Shown here in pieces: positions 1-6,632 of a stretch of 22,351 nucleotides of DNA. The stretch is from UHGV virus genome UHGV-0193089. One strand, given 5' to 3'. This DNA comes from a virus. Under the pieces are notes generated by a model. The model worked only from the letters and a program-made list of their open reading frames with translations. It was not told the origin of the DNA and did not search any database. The translations under genes and the position numbers were made by a program. The first letter of the stretch is position 1; each line of letters starts with the position of its first letter.

Positions 1-166
1 GATTATCAAGAGCCTCCATGATTTCATCCATGCGGCGTAGGTCATACAGGTAAATGCTTTTATCGCCAATGGTGTAAAAACCAATTTTTTTCGGTGATGG
101 GCAGCGATCAAGAACGTCCTGTAATTCGCTCAACCATGCTTGTTCTTTTTTTGTCAAAGTTGCCAT
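1..166 (-). CDS. hypothetical protein, N-terminal fragment (gene continues past the window start)
   Basis: ATG at 166-164 on the minus strand preceded by an AAGGAGAG SD; frame open to position 1 (55 codons, MATLTKKEQAWLSELQDVLDRC...). Absent from the ORF track because truncated. Confidence 0.4.
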   Translation of the reverse strand, partial: MATLTKKEQAWLSELQDVLDRCPSPKKIGFYTIGDKSIYLYDLRRMDEIMEALDN

Positions 167-167
167 A

Positions 168-746
168 TCACTCTCCTTTGATGCCAATGCCAGCGGCGCG
201 GGAATCATCCCATCGCTTTACTTCTTCACGAATTACGTCAATGCATTCTTTCGAATCCATTAGGTAATCTTCATCAAAAAGACGTTCCTGTTCGTTTTCT
301 ATCGCAACAATGATTGCTTCAACTAACTTTTGTGCCTGAGAACCACTTTCTAACTCTGCTATGCGCTTACTCCCATCAGAGATAACACCTTCGTAATACT
401 CACGCTGCTCGTTGAGTTTTGATTTTGCTGCTTCCAGCTCAACGCGCAACTTCCCTACCGTTAGTGCAATATCCTCGTTCTCCTGGTCGCGGGATTTGAT
501 GTATTGCTGGTTCCTTTCCCGTTCATCCAGTAGTGCCAAAGCAATCTTTGGATTAAAGGCAGCAATAAATTCAGCGTTGTTTTTCAGAACGTGTTGCGCA
601 ATGGCCTGACTACTTAGTCGGACCTCATAACCACGTGCGCCACGGTGTGGTTTATATGAGTCCCAGTCTCCCCACGTTGCTTTTTCTGCCGCCTCACGCA
701 GTACCTGATAGTCAATCTTGCTCACTGGTTGCCTCCTTTGCGCCAC
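168..746 (-). CDS. Ead/Ea22-like coiled-coil protein (tentative family call)
   Basis: 192-codon track ORF; acidic, heptad-rich sequence typical of Ead/Ea22-like proteins of lambdoid early-left regions (recalled, not searched); packed tightly against neighbouring minus-strand genes. Confidence 0.6.
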   Translation of the reverse strand: MAQRRQPVSKIDYQVLREAAEKATWGDWDSYKPHRGARGYEVRLSSQAIAQHVLKNNAEFIAAFNPKIALALLDERERNQQYIKSRDQENEDIALTVGKLRVELEAAKSKLNEQREYYEGVISDGSKRIAELESGSQAQKLVEAIIVAIENEQERLFDEDYLMDSKECIDVIREEVKRWDDSRAAGIGIKGE

Positions 747-889
747 ATCGCATTCAGATATTTGTTTTGATTCACTGAAGGAAAAGAATTTCTCTTAAGC
801 AATTCCTCTCTCGATGGCATTGGCTTTACGCGTTGGCGAATAATCATTTCTGCCGGAAGAATGCCGGGATTGTATGCACGTCCTCTCAT
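722..889 (-). CDS. small hypothetical protein (55 aa)
   Basis: Internal Met51 of track ORF 722..1039; GAGGA SD 7 nt upstream of ATG at 889-887; the longer track ORF would overlap the upstream gene by 140 nt. Overlaps the Ead-like start by 25 nt. Confidence 0.3.
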   Translation of the reverse strand: MRGRAYNPGILPAEMIIRQRVKPMPSREELLKRNSFPSVNQNKYLNAMWRKGGNQ

Positions 890-899
890 GGTAAATTCC

Positions 900-1193
900 T
901 CAGTCATTACTGATAGCGCCATAGCGTGAGCGGTAATTACGCAGGCGCGGGTCAATTTCAGGGAAGTGGGTATATGTGGCTTTGCGGAATGGTCGGATTG
1001 ATGTCTGGTAAATTCGCTCGCGTTCTTCTTTCTCTGCAAGCCATATACAGTGGCGAAATTCCTTTTCCTCTTTCGTTTCCTGCGGTAGAGACATTATTCG
1101 ATCGTAGTTTTTTCTGAATTTATCCAGCACCTCCGATACGGAATTGCCGGAACAGCGGCGCGCGTCATCCGCACCATACAAAGGCGCTGGCAT
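900..1193 (-). CDS. hypothetical protein (97 aa)
   Basis: Track ORF in the same orientation and packing as the early-left operon; no family recognised. Confidence 0.55.
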   Translation of the reverse strand: MPAPLYGADDARRCSGNSVSEVLDKFRKNYDRIMSLPQETKEEKEFRHCIWLAEKEERERIYQTSIRPFRKATYTHFPEIDPRLRNYRSRYGAISND

Positions 1194-1216
1194 AATGGAA
1201 TCCTTATTTTGCTAAT

Positions 1217-1600
1217 CTAGAAGGGAATTGAATCGTCGTATTCAGGATGATTTTGATGATTGCTACTTTGTTGCTGTTGGTTGTTTCCTGAAGTTGCAAA
1301 TCCAATCTTTGCATTCAGTAATTCAAGAGTGATTGATTGACCATTTTGCCCCTGATAAACATCAACCCTGATGTTTTCTCCGGTAATTTCTACAATGCCA
1401 CCTTCAACCAGAACGCTACGGTAGTAATCCGCTTGCGCTCCCGGCTTGGCAAATACAACGGCGCTGTAGTTTGTCCATTCTTTCTTTTTTGTCTGGCGAT
1501 CGTAATACTGAACGCCAGCACGGATGTTGAATCCGATATTTTCCCCGGCCTGAAACTCTCTTGCGGGCTTGTTTAGTCTTACAGTAATCGAATGTGCCAT
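1217..1600 (-). CDS. ssb: single-stranded DNA-binding protein (phage SSB)
   Basis: Start set to Met31 of track ORF 1217..1690, giving a TAATG stop/start overlap with erf; Gln/Asn-rich linker and C-terminal acidic tail ...EYDDSIPF as in bacterial SSB (E. coli ends DDDIPF). Confidence 0.85.
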   Translation of the reverse strand: MAHSITVRLNKPAREFQAGENIGFNIRAGVQYYDRQTKKKEWTNYSAVVFAKPGAQADYYRSVLVEGGIVEITGENIRVDVYQGQNGQSITLELLNAKIGFATSGNNQQQQSSNHQNHPEYDDSIPF

Positions 1601-2205
1601 TAAGCAGCCGCCCCTTCTAATTCGTCTCGTCTGATGTTGTAAACGTCCTGCGCTTTTTGCTGCTCCGGTGTGCCTTCGAGCATCTTCCACGCTTTGGCGA
1701 ACGCCTGTTTAAGCTCTTCCACGGTGTTTTTCTGCAATGCTGCGTCAGTGAATGCTTTTAGAACCTGTTCAGGTGTAGGTGATGGTTTTGATTGCTTTGC
1801 TGCTGCGTTCTGCTGATGTTTATGCTCGTCTGTATCTGCATCTTTCGCATCATCAATGCCGAACAAACCATTGAGGCAATACTTGCGTGCATAAGAGCTT
1901 GTAGCTCCCGTAACTTGTGCAGAATCCATTCCTTTCTTGCTTTCTTCCTCTCGTGCAAGAGCGGTTGCCGTATGGCTGTTTTCGCCATCGGTAATAGTTG
2001 CCGTGGCTTTCACGTAATACCGATCACCAATCAACACAACTTCATCGCTGATTGATAAAAACAGACCATTCAGTAACGGCTTAACGCCTTCAAGAATATC
2101 TTCGCAGCTTCTGTATTTATATTTACCGAATGAGTTGTACTGATTCTTTGGCGCGTTCAGATTCTCCTGAATGGCTGCCAGCCTTGCATAAAATTCTTTG
2201 CTCAT
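1600..2205 (-). CDS. erf: Erf-family single-strand annealing recombinase
   Basis: 201 aa; N-terminus MSKEFYARLAAIQENLNAPKNQYNSFGKYKYRSCEDILEGVKPLL matches phage P22 Erf as recalled. Confidence 0.9.
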   Translation of the reverse strand: MSKEFYARLAAIQENLNAPKNQYNSFGKYKYRSCEDILEGVKPLLNGLFLSISDEVVLIGDRYYVKATATITDGENSHTATALAREEESKKGMDSAQVTGATSSYARKYCLNGLFGIDDAKDADTDEHKHQQNAAAKQSKPSPTPEQVLKAFTDAALQKNTVEELKQAFAKAWKMLEGTPEQQKAQDVYNIRRDELEGAAA

Positions 2206-2215
2206 ATGTTTGTTC

Positions 2216-2386
2216 TCAGAATGGACATGGCCAAAGGAAATAACGCTGATTTAATACTTCGACTCGGGACAAATTAAGGCATACCCGCATTCCTTCGCGG
2301 TCGCCATTATGGCGATACCAGAGAGCTTTCTGCGTGTACATGCGTCTCTGTAACTTGCTCTCCTTTACTGTGGTTGCAAGTGACAT
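2216..2386 (-). CDS. small protein (56 aa) at the arf position upstream of erf
   Basis: ATG at 2386-2384 with an AAGGAGA SD; MSLATTVKESKLQRRMYTQKALWYRHNGDREGMRVCLNLSRVEVLNQRYFLWPCPF; stop is 10 nt upstream of the erf start. Below the track size cut-off. Assignment is positional only. Confidence 0.4.
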   Translation of the reverse strand: MSLATTVKESKLQRRMYTQKALWYRHNGDREGMRVCLNLSRVEVLNQRYFLWPCPF

Positions 2387-2465
2387 GAATATCTCCTTCG
2401 TTACCGATTAATTCTTTCATCTGACGAATGAATTCTTCGTCTGACCAGTTATCTGTAAAACTCAT
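2307..2465 (-). CDS. small protein (52 aa) at the kil position downstream of cIII
   Basis: Met11 of track ORF 2307..2495; ATGA overlap with the cIII stop; overlaps the previous feature by 80 nt in another frame, so one of the two may be spurious. Confidence 0.35.
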   Translation of the reverse strand: MSFTDNWSDEEFIRQMKELIGNEGDIHVTCNHSKGEQVTETHVHAESSLVSP

Positions 2466-2632
2466 GGACGGCCTTGTTGTTTCAAAATATCCCAAAGCTT
2501 TTCGAGCAAACTTTTCATTCTTGGTTGTTTAAAGTCTGCTCCGGTTAAAATGTTTTTTCGTGAATGCTGTACCGATAAAATCGGGTTGAAAGGGCGAACC
2601 GATGCCGCCCCTGCAATAGCGAACTGTTGCAT
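2462..2632 (-). CDS. cIII: CIII-like protein (protease-inhibitor/regulator family of lambdoid phages)
   Basis: Met50 of track ORF 2462..2779 with AAGGAG SD 6 nt upstream; MQQFAIAG...LWDILKQQGRP resembles lambda CIII (MQYAIAG...LIDILNQPG). Confidence 0.8.
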   Translation of the reverse strand: MQQFAIAGAASVRPFNPILSVQHSRKNILTGADFKQPRMKSLLEKLWDILKQQGRP

Positions 2633-2694
2633 AGGATGCTCCTTCTGTTTGATTGCATAACGAAAACGCCTCGAGTGAAGCGTTATTGGTATGC

Positions 2695-2723
2695 ATATAA
2701 AAAGGCCCCCCACATCGGAGGGC
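2695..2723 (-). terminator. intrinsic terminator in the cIII leader (N-sensitive tL-type)
   Basis: Minus strand reads GCCCTCC-GATGT-GGGGGGC followed by CTTTTTATAT; 7-bp GC-rich stem with one mismatch. Confidence 0.5.
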
Positions 2724-2785
2724 AAAGAAGATTTCCAATAATCAGAACAAGTCGGCTCCTGTTTAGTTACGAGCGACATTGCTCC

Positions 2786-2813
2786 GTGTATTCACTCGTT
2801 GGAATGAATACAC
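2786..2813 (-). repeat. perfect 9-bp inverted repeat (hairpin) just downstream of the 67-aa gene stop
   Basis: GTGTATTCA (2786-2794) and TGAATACAC (2805-2813) with a 10-nt loop; no U-tract on either strand, so not a classic terminator. Confidence 0.5.
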
Positions 2814-2818
2814 AGTGC

Positions 2819-3022
2819 TTATTCGCGAGCTTTGAGCATTGCGTCTGCAAACTTATATGCAGCGCTTGCTGCATAATTAACAACTCCATCAGAATCATTA
2901 TCGATAATCGATGGATTGCTAATCATTGCTTGCATAGCCTTTGCCGCGAAGTAATCGCGTAATGTCGCATCACTTGCCATTTCTGGGCGTTTGATATCTG
3001 CTTCATAAAACTCGCACATCAT
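2819..3022 (-). CDS. hypothetical protein (67 aa)
   Basis: Track ORF; ATGATG start with GGGAGGTGA SD; ATGA overlap with the stop of the upstream 98-aa gene (translational coupling). Confidence 0.6.
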   Translation of the reverse strand: MMCEFYEADIKRPEMASDATLRDYFAAKAMQAMISNPSIIDNDSDGVVNYAASAAYKFADAMLKARE

Positions 3023-3315
3023 TCACCTCCCAGAGCCTTGCTGATTGCTGCAAGACCTTTATTAACAGCTCCATACCATTCTGGATATGTTGTCGTTGTT
3101 CTATTTTTGGATTGCTTAAGTAATAACTGAAGTGCTTCGAGAAGGTCAGGTGCTGCCGCTATTAGATTGGCATCTTCAATACATTGAACTACCTCACAGA
3201 TTGCAATATACGAACGCCAGCCTGCGCCATTTTCAAGTGAGTCTGCCTGGATTATTTTAATCTCATCGCCATCCATCATTATTTCCCACTTGCCTTCAGT
3301 ACCTTTAAATTCCAT
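3019..3315 (-). CDS. hypothetical protein (98 aa)
   Basis: Track ORF; AGAGG SD upstream of ATG at 3315-3313; no family recognised. Confidence 0.65.
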   Translation of the reverse strand: MEFKGTEGKWEIMMDGDEIKIIQADSLENGAGWRSYIAICEVVQCIEDANLIAAAPDLLEALQLLLKQSKNRTTTTYPEWYGAVNKGLAAISKALGGE

Positions 3316-3336
3316 GTTAGCCTCTGTTGTTTATGC

Positions 3337-3362
3337 CAAAAATAAAGGCCGACTATGCGGCC
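3337..3362 (-). terminator. intrinsic terminator downstream of the 156-aa gene
   Basis: Minus strand: GGCCG-CATAGT-CGGCC followed by TTTATTTTTGG; hairpin abuts the stop codon at 3362-3364. Confidence 0.55.
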
Positions 3363-3832
3363 TAGTAGAATACCCAATTTTCTGTTTCTTGGTTGTGTCC
3401 AAAGTTATATTCAATATCTGGTGTTGATGTATCAATATTCTTCATCCCATCAACAAGAGTTGATACAACAGCCAAATCTTGTTTGATTCTCATTAAATGG
3501 TATTTCTTCCGGCGCAATAAACTTTCAATGGCAAGTTTCTTCGTTGGGAATGCAAAAGATCTTTCTGCATTTTTTGCTACTTTCTTAATTGCATATCTAT
3601 TTCTCCTTTGTTTCCATTCCTGTAACCACTGATTTGGTGCTGGTTTAAAATTAACAATCCAATGCGCAGGAACCAACCATGCATAATGCTCTGTCTGATG
3701 AAAAGCTATATATTGAAGTGCGAATATTTTTATCCCATCTTCTTCAACTGTCGCCTGGAATCTCCAGAAAACAGGCATTCCATCATGTTCAGTTTCTGAT
3801 TCAGGAAAAGGTACGCTCCATGATTTTGTCAT
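3362..3832 (-). CDS. hypothetical protein (156 aa), unknown function
   Basis: Track ORF; ATG at 3832-3830 with GAGGTGAG SD; no TM segment; basic central region (KQRRNRYAIKKVAKNAERSF...); no family recognised. Confidence 0.7.
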   Translation of the reverse strand: MTKSWSVPFPESETEHDGMPVFWRFQATVEEDGIKIFALQYIAFHQTEHYAWLVPAHWIVNFKPAPNQWLQEWKQRRNRYAIKKVAKNAERSFAFPTKKLAIESLLRRKKYHLMRIKQDLAVVSTLVDGMKNIDTSTPDIEYNFGHNQETENWVFY

Positions 3833-3886
3833 ATCTCACCTCAAATAAGTGGTTTGCTGCGAAAGTAAATACGCTTAAGTTACCTG

Positions 3887-4024
3887 TTATTTATCCCACC
3901 AAGTTCCGTATCTATCTATCCAGTTACACCAATCATCGACACTCCATTTTGTCGTGTCGCATTTTGGCAACTGGCATGAATATCTACCTTCTTTGTAAAG
4001 TCGACGTTTGACTTTCTTGAGCAT
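3887..4024 (-). CDS. small Trp/Cys-rich protein (45 aa)
   Basis: Translated by hand: MLKKVKRRLYKEGRYSCQLPKCDTTKWSVDDWCNWIDRYGTWWDK; ATG at 4024-4022 with the same GAGGTGAG SD as the neighbouring gene. Below the track size cut-off. Confidence 0.4.
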   Translation of the reverse strand: MLKKVKRRLYKEGRYSCQLPKCDTTKWSVDDWCNWIDRYGTWWDK

Positions 4025-4140
4025 GGCTCACCTCAATCGTAATAAGCTGGAATTGATTTTCCGCGTTGCTTCTGGCGACCAACACAAGTCACACCCATTT
4101 CACTGCGTGGCTTGCTGTAATAAATTCGGTTAGTTCAGAC

Positions 4141-4163
4141 AATAAAAAACCCACCGAAGTGGG
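4141..4163 (-). terminator. intrinsic terminator immediately after the 112-aa gene
   Basis: Minus strand: CCCAC-TTCG-GTGGG followed by TTTTTTATT; stem abuts the TAG stop at 4164-4166. Confidence 0.6.
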
Positions 4164-4502
4164 CTATGACCATTTTTTATTTGGATTTCGTTGGTGAGCG
4201 TGATTAACAACTCTGTGCATTACATCCTCATATTTTTCATCTTCAATTTTTTCGACATCGCGAGGAAATGGTGTTGCTAATGCTTTGTCAACTTTATCCA
4301 TTGGGTCTTCATTAATCTTATATTCAGGACCGTCATCTATAGCATTAAATCCAGGTGTTACACCGTTTTTTAATGCATATGCTATCCTCTTTTCCCATCT
4401 CGCTATTCTCCTCCTGTCTCGAGATGTAAGACCTCTATCAGATACTTTTCTGTTTTGTCCGCGGTCAGGATTAACATAAATAGTCTTTTTCACCATAAGC
4501 AT
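4164..4502 (-). CDS. hypothetical protein (about 112 aa), Arg-rich N-terminal half
   Basis: Track ORF 4164..4508 begins at a TTG overlapping the N stop; the first ATG is at 4502-4500. No family recognised. Confidence 0.6.
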   Translation of the reverse strand: MLMVKKTIYVNPDRGQNRKVSDRGLTSRDRRRIARWEKRIAYALKNGVTPGFNAIDDGPEYKINEDPMDKVDKALATPFPRDVEKIEDEKYEDVMHRVVNHAHQRNPNKKWS

Positions 4503-4504
4503 AC

Positions 4505-4810
4505 TCAATAAGCACCGTACGGTAGTTTACTGTACAATTTTATTTTTTGGACTGCATGTATTTTGTTTCCTAATGGGTTTGAATCTTTGTAATAAATACT
4601 TCTATTTTTTCGAACAACTTCTTCTTTCTTCTTGCAGCAAAGGATTCCTAGTGATGCTGCTTTGTCTGCTTTGACGCAACCAGAGAGCTTTAGCGCAATT
4701 TTTCGCGCCAGTGCTTCATTACTGCGTCGCTCGGCAATAAGTTCTGCTCTGCGAGCTTTGTAGCGGCTTTTTGCCGTACCTTTGGATTCTTTCCAGACAA
4801 TGGTTACCAT
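4505..4810 (-). CDS. N: N-type transcription antiterminator with a phage-21-type arginine-rich motif
   Basis: Met11 of track ORF with AGGAGA SD; GTAKSRYKARRAELIAERR matches the phage 21 N ARM peptide as recalled; first gene downstream of pL/nutL. Confidence 0.8.
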   Translation of the reverse strand: MVTIVWKESKGTAKSRYKARRAELIAERRSNEALARKIALKLSGCVKADKAASLGILCCKKKEEVVRKNRSIYYKDSNPLGNKIHAVQKIKLYSKLPYGAY

Positions 4811-4920
4811 GATGGTCTCCTTTAAGTGGCTTTGGCGCATGACGCGTCGAGGTGCTTATCTTCTCGATCGCTGTCTTGCAGCTGCAATTCGCGCCATCCC
4901 CAAAACCACTCAAGTTCTGG

Positions 4921-4962
4921 TCTCAACGGTTAGGTTGAGAGTCCGTCGATGTTAAAGAGCCT
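4921..4962 (-). promoter_or_regulatory. nutL (boxA plus boxB)
   Basis: On the transcribed (minus) strand: boxA GCTCTTTAAC (4952-4961), then boxB hairpin TCTCAAC-CTAACC-GTTGAGA (4921-4940); same CUAACC loop as the nutR hairpin. Confidence 0.55.
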
Positions 4963-5006
4963 GCCAATCTGTTCCGTTTGGCTTCCAGCGTCCTGCTGAT
5001 GGCTTA

Positions 5007-5060
5007 AATTTAAGACTTCTTAATTTATTGGTCAAGTGCATTTTTGAAGAAAACTTAATT
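5007..5060 (-). promoter_or_regulatory. OL operators and pL promoter
   Basis: 18-bp sites ATTTAAG-ACTT-CTTAATT (5008-5025) and TTTGAAG-AAAA-CTTAATT (5043-5060) resemble the OR half-site pattern; leftward -35 TTGACC (5035-5030) and -10 TAAATT (5012-5007) with 17-nt spacing. Confidence 0.5.
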
Positions 5061-5100
5061 TTATGGGCGTGAATTTAGTTTGTCTTTGATTTTTAACGGG

Positions 5101-5124
5101 AAATAAAAAAGGGGCGAAAGCCCC
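5101..5124 (-). terminator. intrinsic terminator of the repressor transcript
   Basis: Minus strand: GGGGC-TTTC-GCCCC followed by TTTTTTATTT, starting directly after the c2 TAA stop (5125-5127). Confidence 0.6.
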
Positions 5125-5775
5125 TTAAGGAAGGTTTGCTAGCTTGGCATCAACGACAACGCCAATGATTTTACAGTTCCCATTGATTTCAATCATTGGG
5201 TATTGTGGATTGAGTGGTTTCAGGAATTTTCTACCGGCATCAATAACTAACTTTTTGAATGTCGCCTCGTTTTCCCCTTCAAGTTTGGCGACTACCAGCT
5301 TTCCATTACGTGGTTCGACTTCTGGGTCGACGAGAATAATCATCCCCTCAGGAATACTCAGTCCTGCCGGGGCAGTCATTGAATCGCCTTTAACGTCGAG
5401 CCAAAAAGAGTCTTCAGAACAATCTACCGTTGTGTCGTACCAGTTATCTATTGCACGCCTATGATATGGCTCTACAGCTTCCATCCAACATCCTGCGCTT
5501 ACCCAACTAATTAGAGGATACGAACCTCTTGGATCATGCCTGCTGTGATAGGCAATGTTTGAAAGACTATCCTCTCCTTTCAATAGGTAATCAGGGGAGC
5601 ACTGCAAAGCCTTGGCTAAGGCCAATAGGTTTTCGCCATTGGGCTCAGTTTCAGATCGCTCCCATTGGGAAATAGCAACATTAGACACGCCAACCATCTT
5701 GCCAAGGGCAGCCTGCCTAATCTTGAGTTCTTTTCTGCGAGCGCGAATACGCTCACCCATCAGTTGTGTATTCAT
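5125..5775 (-). CDS. c2: prophage repressor, P22 C2 type (HTH N-domain, LexA-like self-cleaving C-domain)
   Basis: 216 aa; MNTQLMGERIRARRKELKIRQAALGKMVGVSNVAISQWERSETEPNGENLLALAKALQCSPDYLL... matches P22 C2 from memory over its whole length. Confidence 0.95.
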   Translation of the reverse strand: MNTQLMGERIRARRKELKIRQAALGKMVGVSNVAISQWERSETEPNGENLLALAKALQCSPDYLLKGEDSLSNIAYHSRHDPRGSYPLISWVSAGCWMEAVEPYHRRAIDNWYDTTVDCSEDSFWLDVKGDSMTAPAGLSIPEGMIILVDPEVEPRNGKLVVAKLEGENEATFKKLVIDAGRKFLKPLNPQYPMIEINGNCKIIGVVVDAKLANLP

Positions 5776-5855
5776 AGTTAAGACATCTTAAATAAACTTG
5801 ACTTAAGATTCCTTTGGTGGATAATTTAAGTGTTCTTTAATTTCGGAGCGAGTCT
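5776..5855. promoter_or_regulatory. OR operators with divergent pRM/pR
   Basis: Three 18-bp operator-like sites: AGTTAAG-ACAT-CTTAAAT (5776-5793), ACTTAAG-ATTC-CTTTGGT (5801-5818), ATTTAAG-TGTT-CTTTAAT (5824-5841); rightward -35 TTGACT (5798-5803) and -10 GATAAT (5820-5825); GGAG SD before cro. Confidence 0.7.
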
Positions 5856-6041
5856 ATGTACAAAAAAGATGTTATTGACCACTTCGGAACCCAGCGTGCT
5901 GTTGCTAAAGCACTAGGCATTAGCGATGCAGCAGTCTCTCAGTGGAAAGAAGTTATCCCAGAGAAAGACGCCTATCGATTGGAAATCGTTACAGCTGGCG
6001 CCCTGAAGTATCAAGAAAGTGCTTACCGCCAAGCGGCATAA
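5856..6041 (+). CDS. cro: Cro repressor, P22 type
   Basis: 61 aa; MYKKDVIDHFGTQRAVAKALGISDAAVSQWKEVIPEKDAYRLEIVTAGALKYQ... matches P22 Cro as recalled. Confidence 0.9.
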   Translation: MYKKDVIDHFGTQRAVAKALGISDAAVSQWKEVIPEKDAYRLEIVTAGALKYQESAYRQAA

Positions 6042-6047
6042 GCAAAT

Positions 6048-6090
6048 TGCTCTTTAACAGTTCTGGCCTTTCACCTCTAACCGGGTGAGC
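6048..6090 (+). promoter_or_regulatory. nutR (boxA plus boxB)
   Basis: boxA TGCTCTTTAACA (6048-6059); boxB hairpin TCACC-t-CTAACC-g-GGTGA (6071-6088) carrying the same CUAACC loop as nutL. Confidence 0.55.
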
Positions 6091-6156
6091 AAACATCAGC
6101 GGCAAATCCATTGGGTGTGCCGCTATAACTCAATATCAATATAGGAAAATTAACAA

Positions 6157-6453
6157 ATGGCACAAGCAAGCTACAGCAAGCCAACACAGCGAGAAATTGA
6201 TCGCGCTGAAACTGATTTACTCATCAACCTGTCAACGCTTACCCAGCGCGGTCTGGCAAAGATGATTGGCTGTCATGAATCGAAGATAAGCAGAACGGAC
6301 TGGAGATTTATTGCTTCGGTCTTGTGTGCTTTCGGAATGGCATCAGACATCAGTCCGATTAGCAGGGCTTTTAAGTATGCGCTTGATGAAATCACAAAGA
6401 AAAAATCCCCGGCCGCCACCGAGGATTTTAAGCAAATTGATATGCAATTCTGA
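6157..6453 (+). CDS. c1: CII-type transcriptional activator (P22 C1-like)
   Basis: 98 aa directly downstream of cro/nutR; HTH-like segment LTQRGLAKMIGCHESKISR; position and size fit the cII/c1 family. Confidence 0.8.
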   Translation: MAQASYSKPTQREIDRAETDLLINLSTLTQRGLAKMIGCHESKISRTDWRFIASVLCAFGMASDISPISRAFKYALDEITKKKSPAATEDFKQIDMQF

Positions 6454-6485
6454 GGGAATTACTGGATCAATCCACAGGAGTAATT

Positions 6486-6554
6486 ATGACAAAACGTCGT
6501 AAGAAATACCAGGAAAAGAAGAGATTCGACACCCTGATTCACCTGAGGGATTAG
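6486..6554 (+). CDS. possible 22-aa highly basic peptide
   Basis: ATG at 6486 preceded by CAGGAG with 5-nt spacing; MTKRRKKYQEKKRFDTLIHLRD (9 of 22 residues Lys/Arg). Coding status unproven. Confidence 0.3.
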   Translation: MTKRRKKYQEKKRFDTLIHLRD

Positions 6555-6632
6555 TGGTAGCCGCAGCAAATAACAGGGCGTTCGCAGAGCGCCTTGTTGG
6601 TGTTTACAGACTAGCCAAAGCAGGAGTGAAAC

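Noticed and set aside
412-2055. Plus-strand track ORFs 412..609, 926..1117, 1337..1576, 1792..2055 and minus ORF 1758..1988
   Set aside because: They lie antisense to or out of frame within the well-supported Ead-like, SSB and Erf genes and lack SD sequences; treated as shadow ORFs.
2529-2962. Track ORFs 2529..2738 (minus) and 2627..2962 (plus), and the long N-terminal extension of the cIII ORF (2633..2779)
   Set aside because: They cover the structured cIII leader and terminator. The cIII-like homology starts at the internal Met with a strong SD, and the extension would read through a terminator hairpin.
3393-4011. Plus-strand track ORFs 3393..3632 and 3679..4011
   Set aside because: Antisense to the 156-aa minus-strand gene and the small Trp/Cys ORF; no SD; composition-driven.
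4719-4913. Minus-strand track ORF 4719..4913 and the upstream extension of N (4811..4840)
   Set aside because: Out of frame with and overlapping the N gene; N homology and SD support the start at 4810.
5144-5464. Plus-strand track ORF inside c2
   Set aside because: Antisense to the repressor gene, whose protein matches P22 C2 throughout.
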